Below, piece after piece: positions 1 to 10,481 of a stretch of 64,000 bases of DNA. A program made the translations under genes and the position numbers. Source of the DNA: Hydrurus foetidus (taxonomy: Eukaryota); assembly GCA_900617105.1 (NCBI GenBank), contig UYFQ01000032.1, positions 558,001 to 622,000 of the forward strand. Reading direction: 5' to 3'. Position 1 is the first letter of the stretch. Every line of letters starts with the position of its first letter. The notes under the pieces are model-generated. The model was not told the origin of the DNA, made no database searches, and worked only from the letters and a program-made list of their open reading frames with translations.

Positions 1-805
1 CTGCCAAACCCGTTGAAAAGCGGTGGCCCAGCTCGACAAACTGGCTGGCCGTATCTTGCGTGGCGGGCTGGCGGGTGACGTGATTGCCGTCGTACAAGCG
101 CACCTGCTGCGCGTCCATCGCCACTTGCAGCGCTTTGGTGCCCAGGCGCTTTTCTTCGTAGGCGGCGGGTTCCAAGCCCTGGGGGGTGACAAGGCCTTGG
201 CTGGTCATCGAAAAAATGGTGACACCGCTCAAACCCAGCTCCACCAGCACCTGGTATTTGGCACCGTCACGCGTCCACTGCACGCGGGCATCGCCCGTGA
301 TGGGGCCACGGTAATTGCCGCTCAAGGCGTAGCTCAGCCGGGTGTCCAGCGGCCAATCGTCCAACGGTGGGGGAGGCGGTGGTGCGGGGGCTGAAGCCGC
401 AACCTGCGGTGAGGCGGGTGATGGTGTAGATGCTGGTGGCAGTGCAGGCATCTTGGGGCCGGTGTCCGTTGGGATATCACCTCCGACAATCTCCCCGTCT
501 GTATCCGCCTTAGCCTGCGCTGTCGTGGTACTGGCCTCTTGCGGCACAGACGGCGAGGGGTTGACTTTTGCTATGGTATTCGCAGCTGCCAGCACTGATC
601 TGGGTTGCACATGCTGCGGTTTTGGCTTTACAGGAACTGTGAGTGGCAAGGGGGGCAAGCTGCTGCGCAACTCACGGGTGAACAGCGGCACGGCCATCGT
701 TTTGAGGCGTGCAGGCTCTTGCCACAGCGAGCTCAGCGCCTGCAACGCCAGCAGGTGCAGGGCGATGACGGCCAGCCCAAGCCCCGCAATCAGGCGCCTA
801 GCCAT
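1..805 (-). CDS. DUF3108-family protein, 3' end runs off the window
   Basis: Translated by hand; not in the ORF track because there is no stop in the window. ATG at 805 gives MARRLIAGLGLAVIALHLL (TM), a Pro-rich linker, then DWPLDTRLSYALSGNYRG...MTSQGLVTPQGLEP...QDTASQFVEL. Overlaps the end of the M61 gene. Confidence 0.7.
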   Translation of the reverse strand, partial: MARRLIAGLGLAVIALHLLALQALSSLWQEPARLKTMAVPLFTRELRSSLPPLPLTVPVKPKPQHVQPRSVLAAANTIAKVNPSPSVPQEASTTTAQAKADTDGEIVGGDIPTDTGPKMPALPPASTPSPASPQVAASAPAPPPPPPLDDWPLDTRLSYALSGNYRGPITGDARVQWTRDGAKYQVLVELGLSGVTIFSMTSQGLVTPQGLEPAAYEEKRLGTKALQVAMDAQQVRLYDGNHVTRQPATQDTASQFVELGHRFSTGLA

Positions 806-2652
806 GCGCCGACCCGCGCTGCATCCTGCACGCCCAAGCGCCAACTGCTGCGGGACGTGTTCACCGCACCTGCGGAACCCGAGGAACCGGTGTGAGGAAC
901 CGTCAAGCGCAGGCGCATCAGGCGTTTGTCGCGCGATACCAGGGCGCTGACTTCGGTGGCGGTGCCCGCAAGCAGCGGCAGATCGTCCAGCTTGCCCAAG
1001 CGCCAATCGTCTACCCCCAGCCATTCGTCGCCAGTGGCGAAACCGGCTTGCTCCGCCAGCCCGCCACGCAGCACGGTTTTGATACTGACAACACCCCCCG
1101 CCTCCCCCACACGCAAGCCCAGTTGTTGGGCCAGGGCGGCGGGTTCTTCGATGACCTGCACACCATGGCGTTGCAGCAGGTCTTGCCACGGCAGGTCTTG
1201 CGTGCCGTGTACCCAGGCGGCCAACTCGGGCGCGAAACTGCGGCCTGACAGCGCTTGCAGCACGGCGGCAAAGTCGGCTTGCGTCATGGGGCCACTCACC
1301 TCCCCGTTGTCCTCTGCGTTGCAACAACGCAGCCACAGCAGGCGCATCGCGTCATCCAAGGTGGCGGCGCTTTCCTGGCGCAGGGTCAAATCAAAACACA
1401 GCGCCACCAGCGCACCTTTGGTGTAGTAGCTCACCGTGGCATTGGGCGTGTTTTCGTCCACCCGGTAGTATTTTGTCCAGGCTTCAAAACTGGATTTTGC
1501 TACCGAATGGATAGCACGCCCTGGTGTCTGCATGACCTGATTGACGGTTTTGGTCAGCAGCTTCAGGTAGCCCACGTCGTCCAGCAAGCCTGCGCGGCGC
1601 AGCAGCAAGTCGTCGTAGTAGCTGGTGAAACCCTCAAAGAACCACAGCAGTTCGGTGTAGTTTTCTTGGTCGTAGCGGTAAGGCACGAATTCAGCCGGAC
1701 ACAGGCGTTTGACGTTCCAGGTGTGAAAGTACTCGTGGCTGATGAGGCCCAGGAGAGTGGCGTAACCGTCAGGTTGCTTCACGCCCCCGTCAGATTGTTT
1801 GGCGTTAAGCGTTGTTTCTGTGGTCAAGCGTGGCAAATCACGCCGCGTACAAATCAAAGCCGTGGAGTTGCGGTGTTCCAGCCCGCCGTAGCCATCGTCC
1901 ACGGCATTGAGCATGAACAGGTAGTCTTGGTGCGCAGGCTTGGCAGTGCCTTTTTTACTGGGGTGCCAAAACCGAATTTCAGCCTCGCAGATGCTTTGCG
2001 TGTCTGCCAGCAAGCGCTGCCCGTCAAACGAGGGGGGCGCACCGGCCACCACAAAGCGGTGCGGCACGCCACAGGCTTTGAAGCTGCCCAGCCAAAAGCG
2101 CCCCATCTCGACCGGGCAATCCACCAGCTCATCGTAGTTGGCGGCGCGGTAACTGCCAAAGCCGTTTTTATTGACTTTATGCGCAGGCAAGCCTGTGACA
2201 ATTGACCATGATGCTATGTTTTTTGATGATTCCAGGATCAACTCATGCACGCCATCGGTGTGCCCCGCCACAGCCAAACACAGGCTGGTGCCGTTGAAAA
2301 ACCCCCGTGCGGCATCGAGCCACGCGGTACGCACGGAATTGTCGAAAGCGTAGACCTCGTAATGCAGCACCAAAGGCTGCGCGGGGTCGCAAGCAATCAG
2401 CCATGTGCATTTGTCACGCTGCTGCACGGCCAAGCCGTTATCACCTTGGGCCGCTGTCAGTTGCAGCAGGTTTTTAGAAAATTCGCGCACCAAGTAGCTG
2501 CCCGGAATCCACACAGGCAGGCTGACCTGCTGCTCAAGGGCGGGATGGGCGATGGTCAGTGTGACGGCGAAGCGATGGCCGTGCAAATCAGCCACCGCAA
2601 CGCGGTAACTGACGGCGGGGCGGGGCGTTGGTTTCAGTGCTGTTTTGGCCAT
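790..2652 (-). CDS. M61-family (glycyl aminopeptidase-like) metallopeptidase with C-terminal PDZ domain
   Basis: LPVWIPGSY, GGLEH, zinc motif HEYFHTWNVKR, LLWFFEGFTSYY, SYYTKG; PDZ-like GLAEQAGFATGD. Confidence 0.92.
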   Translation of the reverse strand: MAKTALKPTPRPAVSYRVAVADLHGHRFAVTLTIAHPALEQQVSLPVWIPGSYLVREFSKNLLQLTAAQGDNGLAVQQRDKCTWLIACDPAQPLVLHYEVYAFDNSVRTAWLDAARGFFNGTSLCLAVAGHTDGVHELILESSKNIASWSIVTGLPAHKVNKNGFGSYRAANYDELVDCPVEMGRFWLGSFKACGVPHRFVVAGAPPSFDGQRLLADTQSICEAEIRFWHPSKKGTAKPAHQDYLFMLNAVDDGYGGLEHRNSTALICTRRDLPRLTTETTLNAKQSDGGVKQPDGYATLLGLISHEYFHTWNVKRLCPAEFVPYRYDQENYTELLWFFEGFTSYYDDLLLRRAGLLDDVGYLKLLTKTVNQVMQTPGRAIHSVAKSSFEAWTKYYRVDENTPNATVSYYTKGALVALCFDLTLRQESAATLDDAMRLLWLRCCNAEDNGEVSGPMTQADFAAVLQALSGRSFAPELAAWVHGTQDLPWQDLLQRHGVQVIEEPAALAQQLGLRVGEAGGVVSIKTVLRGGLAEQAGFATGDEWLGVDDWRLGKLDDLPLLAGTATEVSALVSRDKRLMRLRLTVPHTGSSGSAGAVNTSRSSWRLGVQDAARVGAWLGA

Positions 2653-2752
2653 GATGTCCGATAAAAACCCATAAAACCCAATAGACAGAGGAAGCGGTTA
2701 ACGCGGCGCTTAAGGCGAAGTTAAAGCAGAGGGTAAGGCACCGTTGCCCGCG

Positions 2753-3208
2753 TCAGGTGGCCGCTGCGCCCAACACGCAGCACACCGCCGCCATCGCAGA
2801 CAGCCGAAAGCGCAGCGTCAGCCACGCGCCCAGACCGGCACCGGGCCAGTATTTGCGGTCCACCAAATAGCTGGCAACGAACAGCAGACCCAGCAGTGGC
2901 AAACCGGCAAAGGCCGGCATCATCGCCGCCAACCAAGCCATGAGCGAGAGCGCAATGCCCCACAGCACATGGTGCTTGGCTTGCTCCGTCTTTTGCGGGG
3001 CCAAACTGATGCCAATGCCCCAGTGGATGCCGCCCAAAAACGACGCGATCACCGCGCCGTAGCACAGCAAGGCCGTGGCAACAAACGGGTGTAAATCGGG
3101 TTTAACCAGCCACAGCAGCAGCGCCAGCAGGCCAAACGGCACCAAACCGGCATAACCCAGCCGGGTTGCGAGTTTTTCAAATGAGACGCTGGAGAGAAGG
3201 TTGTTCAA
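2753..3208 (-). CDS. DUF3429-family membrane protein
   Basis: LGYAGLVPF...YGAVIASFLGGIHWG...WLTLRFRLS signature; start codon uncertain. Confidence 0.85.
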   Translation of the reverse strand: MNNLLSSVSFEKLATRLGYAGLVPFGLLALLLWLVKPDLHPFVATALLCYGAVIASFLGGIHWGIGISLAPQKTEQAKHHVLWGIALSLMAWLAAMMPAFAGLPLLGLLFVASYLVDRKYWPGAGLGAWLTLRFRLSAMAAVCCVLGAAAT

Positions 3209-3241
3209 GGCTTGCTTTTCTTTGAAAGGGCGGCTGTTTCT

Positions 3242-3973
3242 TTAATTTTTGACTTTGGCCAACAGCTCTTCGATCTGCTGCGTGTTGATGGCGCCGGGCA
3301 CGCGGGTGCCGTCAGCGAACACCAGCGTCGGTGTGCCGGTGATTTTGAAGCGCTTGCCAAAGTCCACATTGCGGCTGACGGCGGAGGTGTCGCAACTGGC
3401 GGCGGCGTTGCTGGGTTGCACGTCACGCACCATCCAGTCTTGCCACGATTTCCCCTTGTCTTTGGCACACCAGATGGCATCCGATTTTTTGGCGGAATCA
3501 GGGCTCAGGATAGGGTACAAAAACATGTGGACAGTGATGTCTTTGATGCCCGCCAAATCGCGCTCAAACCGCTTGCAGTAGCCGCAATTGGGGTCTTCAA
3601 ACACTGCCAGTTGGCGTTTGCCGTTGCCACGCACGATGGTGAAAGAATCTTTCATCGGCAGCGTGCTGTAGTCGATGGCGGTGAGTTTTTCAACGCGCTC
3701 CTCGGTCAGGTTGCGGCGCAGCTTGGTGTCGATCAGGCTGCCTTGCACGAGGTAATTGCCCTCAGCATCGGTGTAAAAAATATCGGTTCCGTTGACGCGC
3801 AACTCGTAAAGACCCGTTATGGGTGTTTTGTTGATCTCGTCAATCTTGCCCATTTGGGGCAGGCGATCGGCCAAATTTTTGCGGATGGTGGCCTCTTGGG
3901 CGCTGGCGCTGACGTGCAGACCCAGGCTAGCGAGGGTCAGGGCAGTGGCCCACAGTGTTTTGGTTAATTTCAT
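3242..3973 (-). CDS. dsbC: Periplasmic thiol:disulfide isomerase DsbC
   Basis: Signal peptide from ATG 3973 (MKLTKTLW...SASA), FEDPNCGYCK active site, ITGTPT cis-Pro loop. Confidence 0.92.
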   Translation of the reverse strand: MKLTKTLWATALTLASLGLHVSASAQEATIRKNLADRLPQMGKIDEINKTPITGLYELRVNGTDIFYTDAEGNYLVQGSLIDTKLRRNLTEERVEKLTAIDYSTLPMKDSFTIVRGNGKRQLAVFEDPNCGYCKRFERDLAGIKDITVHMFLYPILSPDSAKKSDAIWCAKDKGKSWQDWMVRDVQPSNAAASCDTSAVSRNVDFGKRFKITGTPTLVFADGTRVPGAINTQQIEELLAKVKN

Positions 3974-3987
3974 CGTTATTCCGTCGT

Positions 3988-5130
3988 TCATCCATTCAAA
4001 CCCATTGCTTGGCGAGTCACCCAAGCCTTCAGCGGGCCGCTGCGCTCAAAACCTTGCATACCAGCGTTGCGCACATTTTTAACCAGGGCATCAGGCTGGG
4101 CAAACAGGCGCTGTAACCCGTCCATCACCGCGCCCACCGGGGCCAAACCGGCACGCCGGGCACGCTCGTAACGGCGCAGCAAACGCGGGGCGTTGACGCT
4201 GCGCCAGTAATCCCTGCCACCCAGAATCTGGGCCAATTTGGTCACATCGGCCAATCCTAAATTCAAACCTTGCCCGCCCAAAGGGTGGACGGTGTGAGCC
4301 GCGTCACCGGCCAGCACCCACGCCTGCCCTGCTGCGGTTTGCCCGCTCCAGCGCTGGGCTTGGCCGTGTTGCAGCGGCCACTTGGCTCGCGTGCCTTCCA
4401 GCGTTAACGCGCCCAAAGCCGAAGCGCTGGCCGTTTGCGCGGCTGCGGCGAAGTCGTCTGCCGACAGGCCCATCAGCGTTTGCACACGCGACTCTGAGAC
4501 AGACCACACCAGCGCCACAGAGTTCCCCGCCGCGCCTTGCAAGGGCAAAAAAGCCACCACCTCACCGCCAGCAAACCACTGCAAGGCTTGCCCTTGGTGC
4601 GGATGTTCGCAGGTGAAGCGGGCGGCGATGGCGTGTTGCGCATAGCTGGCCACGTCGAAATCCACGCCGAATTCATCGCGCGTGCTGCTAAAACGGCCTT
4701 CGCAGACCACCGTCAAGGCGGCAGGCTGGGGCGCATCAAGCAACTCAATCAGGGGCTGGAAGCGGATGGCGTTGGCGAGGCAGGTCTCTAGCGCCGCCAC
4801 TTCAACGATCCACGCCAAAGCGGTGGTGGGCTGGGGTGTGGCAATGCTGGGGGCAAAATTCACCGCGCCGCCCTCGTCGCCCAACACGCGCATGGCCGTG
4901 ACCGGTGTGACAGCATCGCCCTCGGGCCAGCAACGCAAGCCTTGCAGAGCCTGGCGCGATGCCGCGTTCAGCGCATAGGCACGGTTGTCAAAGGTGTCTG
5001 GGGAGGATGAAGAGATTGAGCGAGGTGCTTGCACCAAGCCCACACGCAAGCGGTGCTGGGCCAGCAGCAGCGCCAGACTGCGCCCCACAATACCAGCGCC
5101 ACGGATACATACATCAAAGGGTTGAGCCAT
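3988..5130 (-). CDS. UbiH/UbiF/VisC-family FAD-dependent monooxygenase
   Basis: GAGIVG Rossmann motif; LAGDAAHTVHPLGGQGLNLGLAD. Confidence 0.88.
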   Translation of the reverse strand: MAQPFDVCIRGAGIVGRSLALLLAQHRLRVGLVQAPRSISSSSPDTFDNRAYALNAASRQALQGLRCWPEGDAVTPVTAMRVLGDEGGAVNFAPSIATPQPTTALAWIVEVAALETCLANAIRFQPLIELLDAPQPAALTVVCEGRFSSTRDEFGVDFDVASYAQHAIAARFTCEHPHQGQALQWFAGGEVVAFLPLQGAAGNSVALVWSVSESRVQTLMGLSADDFAAAAQTASASALGALTLEGTRAKWPLQHGQAQRWSGQTAAGQAWVLAGDAAHTVHPLGGQGLNLGLADVTKLAQILGGRDYWRSVNAPRLLRRYERARRAGLAPVGAVMDGLQRLFAQPDALVKNVRNAGMQGFERSGPLKAWVTRQAMGLNG

Positions 5131-5206
5131 AGGTGAATTGTAGGGGGCGGCACAATACGGGGATGGCTTGAGCCGTCAAGCCCCGTCTACTGTGAAAAGA
5201 GTCCCC

Positions 5207-6088
5207 ATGAGCCCTTCTTCTGAATCCACTTCTGAATCCGCCGCCCGTGCCACCATCGCCCGCCTCTTCGTCTACCCCGTCAAATCCTGCGCCGGGGTGG
5301 AGGTGCAAGAAGCTCTGCTGATCGAAACCGGGCTGGAATTCGACCGCGCCTGGATGGTGGTGGATGCCCAAGGCGAATTCGTCAGCCAGCGTGAACTGCC
5401 CCGCATGGCGCTCATCCAGCCGCAGCTCAAGCATTTTGAGATGGTTTTGCGTGCTCCCGGCATGCTGGCGCTGCATATCGCGCTAGACAAAGTAGAGCAA
5501 CCTACTACCGTTAAAGTGTGGAGCGACACCGTGAAGGCCTACGACATGGGCGACGTGGCCGCCCAGTGGTTCAGCGATTTCTTAGGGCAAAAACTGCGTT
5601 TGGCACGCTTTGACCCCGAGCAACAGCGCCTGTCGAACAAAAAATGGACGGGCGATGTGGACGCGCAAAACCAGTTTGCTGATGGCTTCCCGATTCTGGT
5701 GGTCAGTGAGGCGTCCGTCACCGAGTTGAACGACAAACTCGCAGCCGCAGGTCACGCCCCCGTCACCATCGAGCGCTTTCGCGCCAACATCGTGCTTTCT
5801 GGCCTGGACGCGCAAGACGAAGACCGCCTCGATGTGATGCACATCAGCACACCAGAGGGCAACGTGCAGCTGCAAGGCGTGAAGCCCTGCCCGCGCTGCC
5901 CCATCCCCAACATTGACCCGCTGACCGCCATCAGCAGCCCCACCGTGGGTGACATGCTGCAAACCTACCGCCGCAATGCCGTGGTGGACGGCGCGGTGAC
6001 GTTCGGCACCAACGCCATCATCCTCAAAGGCTTGGAGCACGGCTTGCGCGTGGGGCAAACGGTGCAAGCAGACTACAAATTCGAGTGA
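5207..6088 (+). CDS. MOSC-domain protein (YcbX/mARC-like)
   Basis: LFVYPVKSCAG, FDRAWMVVD, FADGFP, RFRANIV, KPCPRCPIP; start placed at ATG 5207. Confidence 0.9.
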   Translation: MSPSSESTSESAARATIARLFVYPVKSCAGVEVQEALLIETGLEFDRAWMVVDAQGEFVSQRELPRMALIQPQLKHFEMVLRAPGMLALHIALDKVEQPTTVKVWSDTVKAYDMGDVAAQWFSDFLGQKLRLARFDPEQQRLSNKKWTGDVDAQNQFADGFPILVVSEASVTELNDKLAAAGHAPVTIERFRANIVLSGLDAQDEDRLDVMHISTPEGNVQLQGVKPCPRCPIPNIDPLTAISSPTVGDMLQTYRRNAVVDGAVTFGTNAIILKGLEHGLRVGQTVQADYKFE

Positions 6089-6154
6089 ACCGGCCCACAA
6101 GGGCCCTGTTCAAGCCCTTCGCATACACTTCCCCACCAGTTTTTGAGGACATCT

Positions 6155-7246
6155 ATGAGTTTGAAATGCGGCATCGTCGGCCTGCCTAACGTCGGTAAAT
6201 CCACCCTGTTCAACGCCTTGACCAAAGCAGGTATTGCGGCTGAAAACTACCCTTTTTGCACCATTGAGCCGAACGTCGGCATCGTGGAAGTGCCTGATCC
6301 GCGCCTGCAACAGCTGGCCGCCATCATCACGCCTGAACGCATCGTGCCGGCCATCGTCGAGTTTGTGGACATCGCCGGTTTGGTGGCTGGGGCCAGCACC
6401 GGCGAAGGCTTGGGCAATAAATTCCTCGCCCACATCCGTGAAACCGATGCCACCATCAACGTGGTGCGCTGCTTTGAAGACGACAACGTGATCCACGTCG
6501 CAGGCAAGGTTGACCCAATTTCGGACATCGAAGTCATCCAGACCGAACTCTGCTTGGCCGACCTCTCCGCCGTCGAAAAAGCCCTGCACCGCGTCACCAA
6601 AATCGCCCGCTCTGGCGACAAAGAATCCATCAAACTGGTGGCGATTCTGGAAAAATGCCAAGCGGCCTTGAACGAAGCCAAGCCTGTACGCACGCTGGAC
6701 TTCAGCAAAGAAGAGCTGCCGCTTTTGAAGCAGTTTTTCCTCATCACTGCCAAGCCCGCGATGTTTGTGGCCAACGTGGCCGAAGACGGCTTCGAGAACA
6801 ACCCCTTCCTTGACCGCCTGAAAGCCTTCGCGCTGGCGCAAAACGCCCCCGTGGTCGCCATCAGCGCCAAGATGGAAGCGGAAATGTCCGAGATGGAAGA
6901 AGAAGACCGCGCCATGTTCTTGGCCGAATTGGGCCAGTCTGAGCCCGGCCTGAACCGCCTGATCCGCGCAGCCTACACGCTGTTGGGCCTGCAAACCTAC
7001 TTCACCGCAGGCGTGAAAGAAGTCCGCGCCTGGACGATCCACGTCGGTGACACCGGCCCCCAAGCCGCAGGTGTCATCCACACCGATTTCGAAAAAGGCT
7101 ACATCCGCGCCCAAACCATCGCGTTCGACGACTTCATCGCCAACAAGGGCGAACAAGGCTCCAAAGACGCGGGCAAGATGCGCTCCGAGGGCAAGGAATA
7201 CGTCGTCAAGGATGGCGATGTGATGAATTTCTTGTTCAGCTCTTAA
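6155..7246 (+). CDS. ychF: Redox-regulated ATPase YchF
   Basis: [31 protein letters not shown]-domain end; ATG 6155 after GAGGA. Confidence 0.97.
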   Translation: MSLKCGIVGLPNVGKSTLFNALTKAGIAAENYPFCTIEPNVGIVEVPDPRLQQLAAIITPERIVPAIVEFVDIAGLVAGASTGEGLGNKFLAHIRETDATINVVRCFEDDNVIHVAGKVDPISDIEVIQTELCLADLSAVEKALHRVTKIARSGDKESIKLVAILEKCQAALNEAKPVRTLDFSKEELPLLKQFFLITAKPAMFVANVAEDGFENNPFLDRLKAFALAQNAPVVAISAKMEAEMSEMEEEDRAMFLAELGQSEPGLNRLIRAAYTLLGLQTYFTAGVKEVRAWTIHVGDTGPQAAGVIHTDFEKGYIRAQTIAFDDFIANKGEQGSKDAGKMRSEGKEYVVKDGDVMNFLFSS

Positions 7247-7268
7247 CGGCATTTAACGCCAAATTAAG

Positions 7269-7330
7269 TTCAAGCCAAATTGGCTGCTTGTGCATACTCA
7301 GTGTGCGTAAGCAGCTATTTTTTTGATAGC
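7269..7330. repeat. Dispersed ~60-bp element with palindromic core GCTAT-N7-ATAGC (core 7314-7330), intergenic copy
   Basis: gctat-ttttttg-atagc preceded by aaattggc ~37 nt upstream; same core at 1499, 30014, 34066, 35854, 50357 and 58473. Confidence 0.75.
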
Positions 7331-7373
7331 GATCATGTGACCGCTGTTTGTTTCCTATTGCTGGAGTTACCCC

Positions 7374-8042
7374 ATGCTGACCGTCCACCACCTCAACAAC
7401 TCGCGCTCGCAGCGCGTGCTTTGGCTGCTTGAAGAATTGGGTTTGGAATACCGCATCGAGCGCTACCAGCGCGATGCCAAGACCATGCTGGCACCGCCTG
7501 CGTTGCGCAAAATCCACCCTTTGGGTAAATCGCCGGTCGTGACCGATGGGGCGCTGGTGATGGCGGAGTCGGGTGCGATTGTCGAGACAGTGATCGAGCA
7601 ATACGGAAATGGCCGTCTAGCGCCTGCCGTGGGCACGCCTGAGCGCATGCGCTACCGCTATTGGCTGCATTACGCCGAAGGCTCTGCGATGCCGCCACTG
7701 CTGTTGAAGCTGGTGTTCGACAAGATCGAAAGCAGCAAGATGCCATTTTTTGCCAAACCGATTGCCAAAGCCATTGCGGGCAAGGCCAAATCTACCTTCA
7801 TCATGCCGCAAATCAACACGCATTTGGATTTCATGGAAGCCGAGTTGGGTAAAAGCCGTTGGTTTGCAGGCAATGACTTCAGTGGCGCAGATATTCAAAT
7901 GAGCTTCCCGCTGGAAGCCGCTGCGGCGCGGGGAGGCTTGGATGCCACGCGGCCTAAGCTGATGGCTTTTGTAAACCGCATCCATGCCCGGCCTGCTTAC
8001 CAGCGGGCGCTGGAAAAAGGCGGGCCGTTTGGGTTGAGTTGA
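7374..8042 (+). CDS. Glutathione S-transferase
   Basis: HHLNNSRSQRVLWLLEELG, HPLGKSPV, AESGAI, FSGADIQMSF; GGAG SD. Confidence 0.93.
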   Translation: MLTVHHLNNSRSQRVLWLLEELGLEYRIERYQRDAKTMLAPPALRKIHPLGKSPVVTDGALVMAESGAIVETVIEQYGNGRLAPAVGTPERMRYRYWLHYAEGSAMPPLLLKLVFDKIESSKMPFFAKPIAKAIAGKAKSTFIMPQINTHLDFMEAELGKSRWFAGNDFSGADIQMSFPLEAAAARGGLDATRPKLMAFVNRIHARPAYQRALEKGGPFGLS

Positions 8043-8061
8043 GCAAAGAACAGCGCTGCGG

Positions 8062-8562
8062 CTAATCGCCGCGCTGCACCCGCAGCAACGTCTGCTGCAG
8101 CACCTTGGCATCGTTGCTGGCGCGGTGGCGTGTCAGGTGCAAATCGGCAATGACTTGCGCTTTGGTCGCGTCCCACCTGTCCGCTTCGCTTTGCTTGAGG
8201 ATGACGCGCAAGTCTTCGAGCTTGAAATGTGGCGCACGCTCAGCGGCATCAAACAGGCGACTGAGCCAGTTGTAGTCGTGATACCACGCATCACTGTAGA
8301 CGGTAAGGCCGTGCAAACGCTCGTTCAGCGCCAAGGCGACTTCAACGCTGGAGCGACCATGCTTAAGGAGCAACTCGCGTTCGATGCCGTGGACTTTTTG
8401 CGCAGATTCGTCCCAGTGCCGCCAGTCGGGTTCGGGCACGATCAGGCTGCAGTAGGTTTGACCATCAGGCAACACGATGCCGACCTCAATCGGGTAGCTG
8501 GACGAACCGAAGCCCGAGGCTTCCAGGTCAATGATGCTGGCGAGGTCAGGCTTGGTGGTCAT
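8062..8562 (-). CDS. Small DEDDh-type 3'-5' exonuclease-like protein
   Basis: IIDLEASG...PIEVG (Exo I), SDAWYHD, HRASNDA (Exo III); ATG overlaps the yqaA stop (ATGA). Confidence 0.7.
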   Translation of the reverse strand: MTTKPDLASIIDLEASGFGSSSYPIEVGIVLPDGQTYCSLIVPEPDWRHWDESAQKVHGIERELLLKHGRSSVEVALALNERLHGLTVYSDAWYHDYNWLSRLFDAAERAPHFKLEDLRVILKQSEADRWDATKAQVIADLHLTRHRASNDAKVLQQTLLRVQRGD

Positions 8563-9062
8563 AACGTGATCTTTCCAGGAAACACCCACAGCAGCAAGGC
8601 CGAAAACACGGTGTAACGGGCCAATTTACCCACGGCCATGTAGGCCAAGCAGGGCCAAAACGGCAGCTGGAGCCAACCTGCGACAGCACACAGCGGGTCG
8701 CCAATGCCAGGCAGCCACGACAGCAGACACGCTTTGGGGCCCAGTTTTTTCAGCCACGCCAGCGCACGGGTTTCAAAGGCGGACGTTTTGCCACCCCGGT
8801 AGGTGTCCACGGCTTTGTGTGCGCCGTAGCCCATCCACCAGTCCACCGCGCCGCCCAGTGTGTTGCCAGCGGTGGCAACCAGCACGGTGGGCCAGTACAA
8901 ATCGGGGTTGAGCTTGAGAAAACCAAATACCAGGGGCTCCGAGCCCAATGGCAGCAAGGTGGCGGAGATAAACGACACCACAAACACCGTGCTCAGACCG
9001 AACTTGGGCAGTGCCAACAGGCCGAGTAAAGAGGCTATCAAAGGGGCAATCAAAACTTCCAT
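8559..9062 (-). CDS. YqaA/DedA-like membrane protein
   Basis: SFISATLLPLGSE, ATAGNTLG, LLSWLPGIGDPLC, GKLARY; ATG 9062. Confidence 0.88.
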   Translation of the reverse strand: MEVLIAPLIASLLGLLALPKFGLSTVFVVSFISATLLPLGSEPLVFGFLKLNPDLYWPTVLVATAGNTLGGAVDWWMGYGAHKAVDTYRGGKTSAFETRALAWLKKLGPKACLLSWLPGIGDPLCAVAGWLQLPFWPCLAYMAVGKLARYTVFSALLLWVFPGKITL

Positions 9063-9195
9063 CTGGGTCAGTATAGGCACGCCACTCAACGCCTTGAGGC
9101 TGTACTGGATTTCACCCGCTGAAATGGCTGGCGCATACAATCGTGCCTCATTTTTCAGCATCTCTCCTTTTCTTCCTCCATCTCCCACTTGCCCC

Positions 9196-10251
9196 ATGAA
9201 CATCGGCCCGTTTGCACTCGCTAACAATTTGTTCGTGGCCCCGATGGCGGGTGTCACTGACAGGCCGTTTCGCCAGCTCTGCAAATCACTGGGGGCAGGC
9301 TATGCGGTGAGTGAGATGGTGACTTCGCGGCGGGACTTGTGGACGACGCTGAAGACCTCGCGCCGAGCAGACCACGAGGGCGAGGCTGGCCCCATCGCCG
9401 TGCAAATTGCGGGCACCGATGCCCAAATGATGGCCGATGCCGCGCTCTACAACATCGACCGGGGAGCCCAAATCATCGACATCAACATGGGTTGCCCGGC
9501 CAAAAAGGTGTGCGACAAATGGGCCGGTTCAGCGCTGATGCAAAACGAGCCGCTGGCGCTGGAGATTGTGGATGCCGTGGTCAAAGCCTGCGCCCCGCGC
9601 AACGTGCCAGTCACCCTGAAGATGCGTACCGGCTGGAGCGCTTGCCACCGCAACGCCGTAGCCCTGGCCCGTGCCGCTGAGCAAGCCGGTGTACAAATGC
9701 TGACGGTGCATGGCCGCACCCGCGAACAGGGCTATACCGGCCATGCCGAATACGACACCATTGCCGCCGTGAAGGCTGCGGTGCGCGTGCCCGTGGTGGC
9801 GAATGGCGACATCACCAGCCCCGAGAAAGCCCGCGCCGTGCTGGCTTATACCGGTGCAGACGCGCTAATGGTGGGCCGCGCCGCCCAAGGTCGCCCGTGG
9901 GTGTTCCGTGAAATCGTGCATTTTTTAGCCACCGGCGAACACCTCGCACCGCCGCTGGTGGCCGAGGTCAAGCGCCTGCTGGTAGACCACCTGCAAGCCC
10001 ACTACGCGCTGTATGGCGAGTATTCCGGCGTGCGCACCGCGCGCAAACACATCGGCTGGTACGTGCGTGCGCTGCCCGGCGGTGAGGCGTTTCGCGCACG
10101 CATGAACCTGCTGGACGATTGCGCCGTGCAAACACAGGCCGTGGTTGATTATTTTGATGACTTGGGAACGCATATGGACAGGCTGCCTGGCAACGCTGCC
10201 ACCTCGTCAGAAGTTGCCCCTTTGAAAGAACCGTTGGAGTTGAGTGCATGA
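9196..10251 (+). CDS. dusB: tRNA-dihydrouridine synthase DusB
   Basis: APMAGVTD, IDINMGCPAKKV, VHGRT, VANGDI; precedes fis; ATG 9196. Confidence 0.95.
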   Translation: MNIGPFALANNLFVAPMAGVTDRPFRQLCKSLGAGYAVSEMVTSRRDLWTTLKTSRRADHEGEAGPIAVQIAGTDAQMMADAALYNIDRGAQIIDINMGCPAKKVCDKWAGSALMQNEPLALEIVDAVVKACAPRNVPVTLKMRTGWSACHRNAVALARAAEQAGVQMLTVHGRTREQGYTGHAEYDTIAAVKAAVRVPVVANGDITSPEKARAVLAYTGADALMVGRAAQGRPWVFREIVHFLATGEHLAPPLVAEVKRLLVDHLQAHYALYGEYSGVRTARKHIGWYVRALPGGEAFRARMNLLDDCAVQTQAVVDYFDDLGTHMDRLPGNAATSSEVAPLKEPLELSA

Positions 10252-10481
10252 GCCAAAAAAACCTAGAAGACTGCGTGCGCGACAGTCTCGCCGCCTACTT
10301 CAAAGACCTGCACGGCATCGCGCCCGATGGCATGTACGACATGCTCATTAAAGCCGTCGAAAAACCCCTGTTTGACGTGGTGATGGCACAGGCGGACAAC
10401 AACCAGTCCCGTGCCGCCGAATGGCTGGGCTTGAACCGCAACACGCTGCGTAAAAAACTCGTCGAACACCAACTTTTATAA
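10248..10481 (+). CDS. fis: Fis-family DNA-binding protein
   Basis: NNQSRAAEWLGLNRNTLRKKL HTH; dusB-fis-purH context. Confidence 0.93.
   Translation: MSQKNLEDCVRDSLAAYFKDLHGIAPDGMYDMLIKAVEKPLFDVVMAQADNNQSRAAEWLGLNRNTLRKKLVEHQLL

Noticed and set aside
23..950. Plus-strand ORFs 23-394 and 342-950
   Set aside because: Shadows of the minus-strand DUF3108-like gene, which the ORF track missed because it runs off the window.
2213..2230. gctat-gttttttg-atgat as another copy of the dispersed element
   Set aside because: The spacer is 8 nt and the right arm is degenerate; not counted.
6110..7252. 380-aa antisense ORF over ychF
   Set aside because: Codon-mirror shadow typical of GC-rich, highly biased genes; no motifs.
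8860..9195. Long N-terminal extension of dusB and reciprocal extension of yqaA
   Set aside because: Family homology starts at 9196 and 9062; the extensions overlap each other and the divergent promoter.
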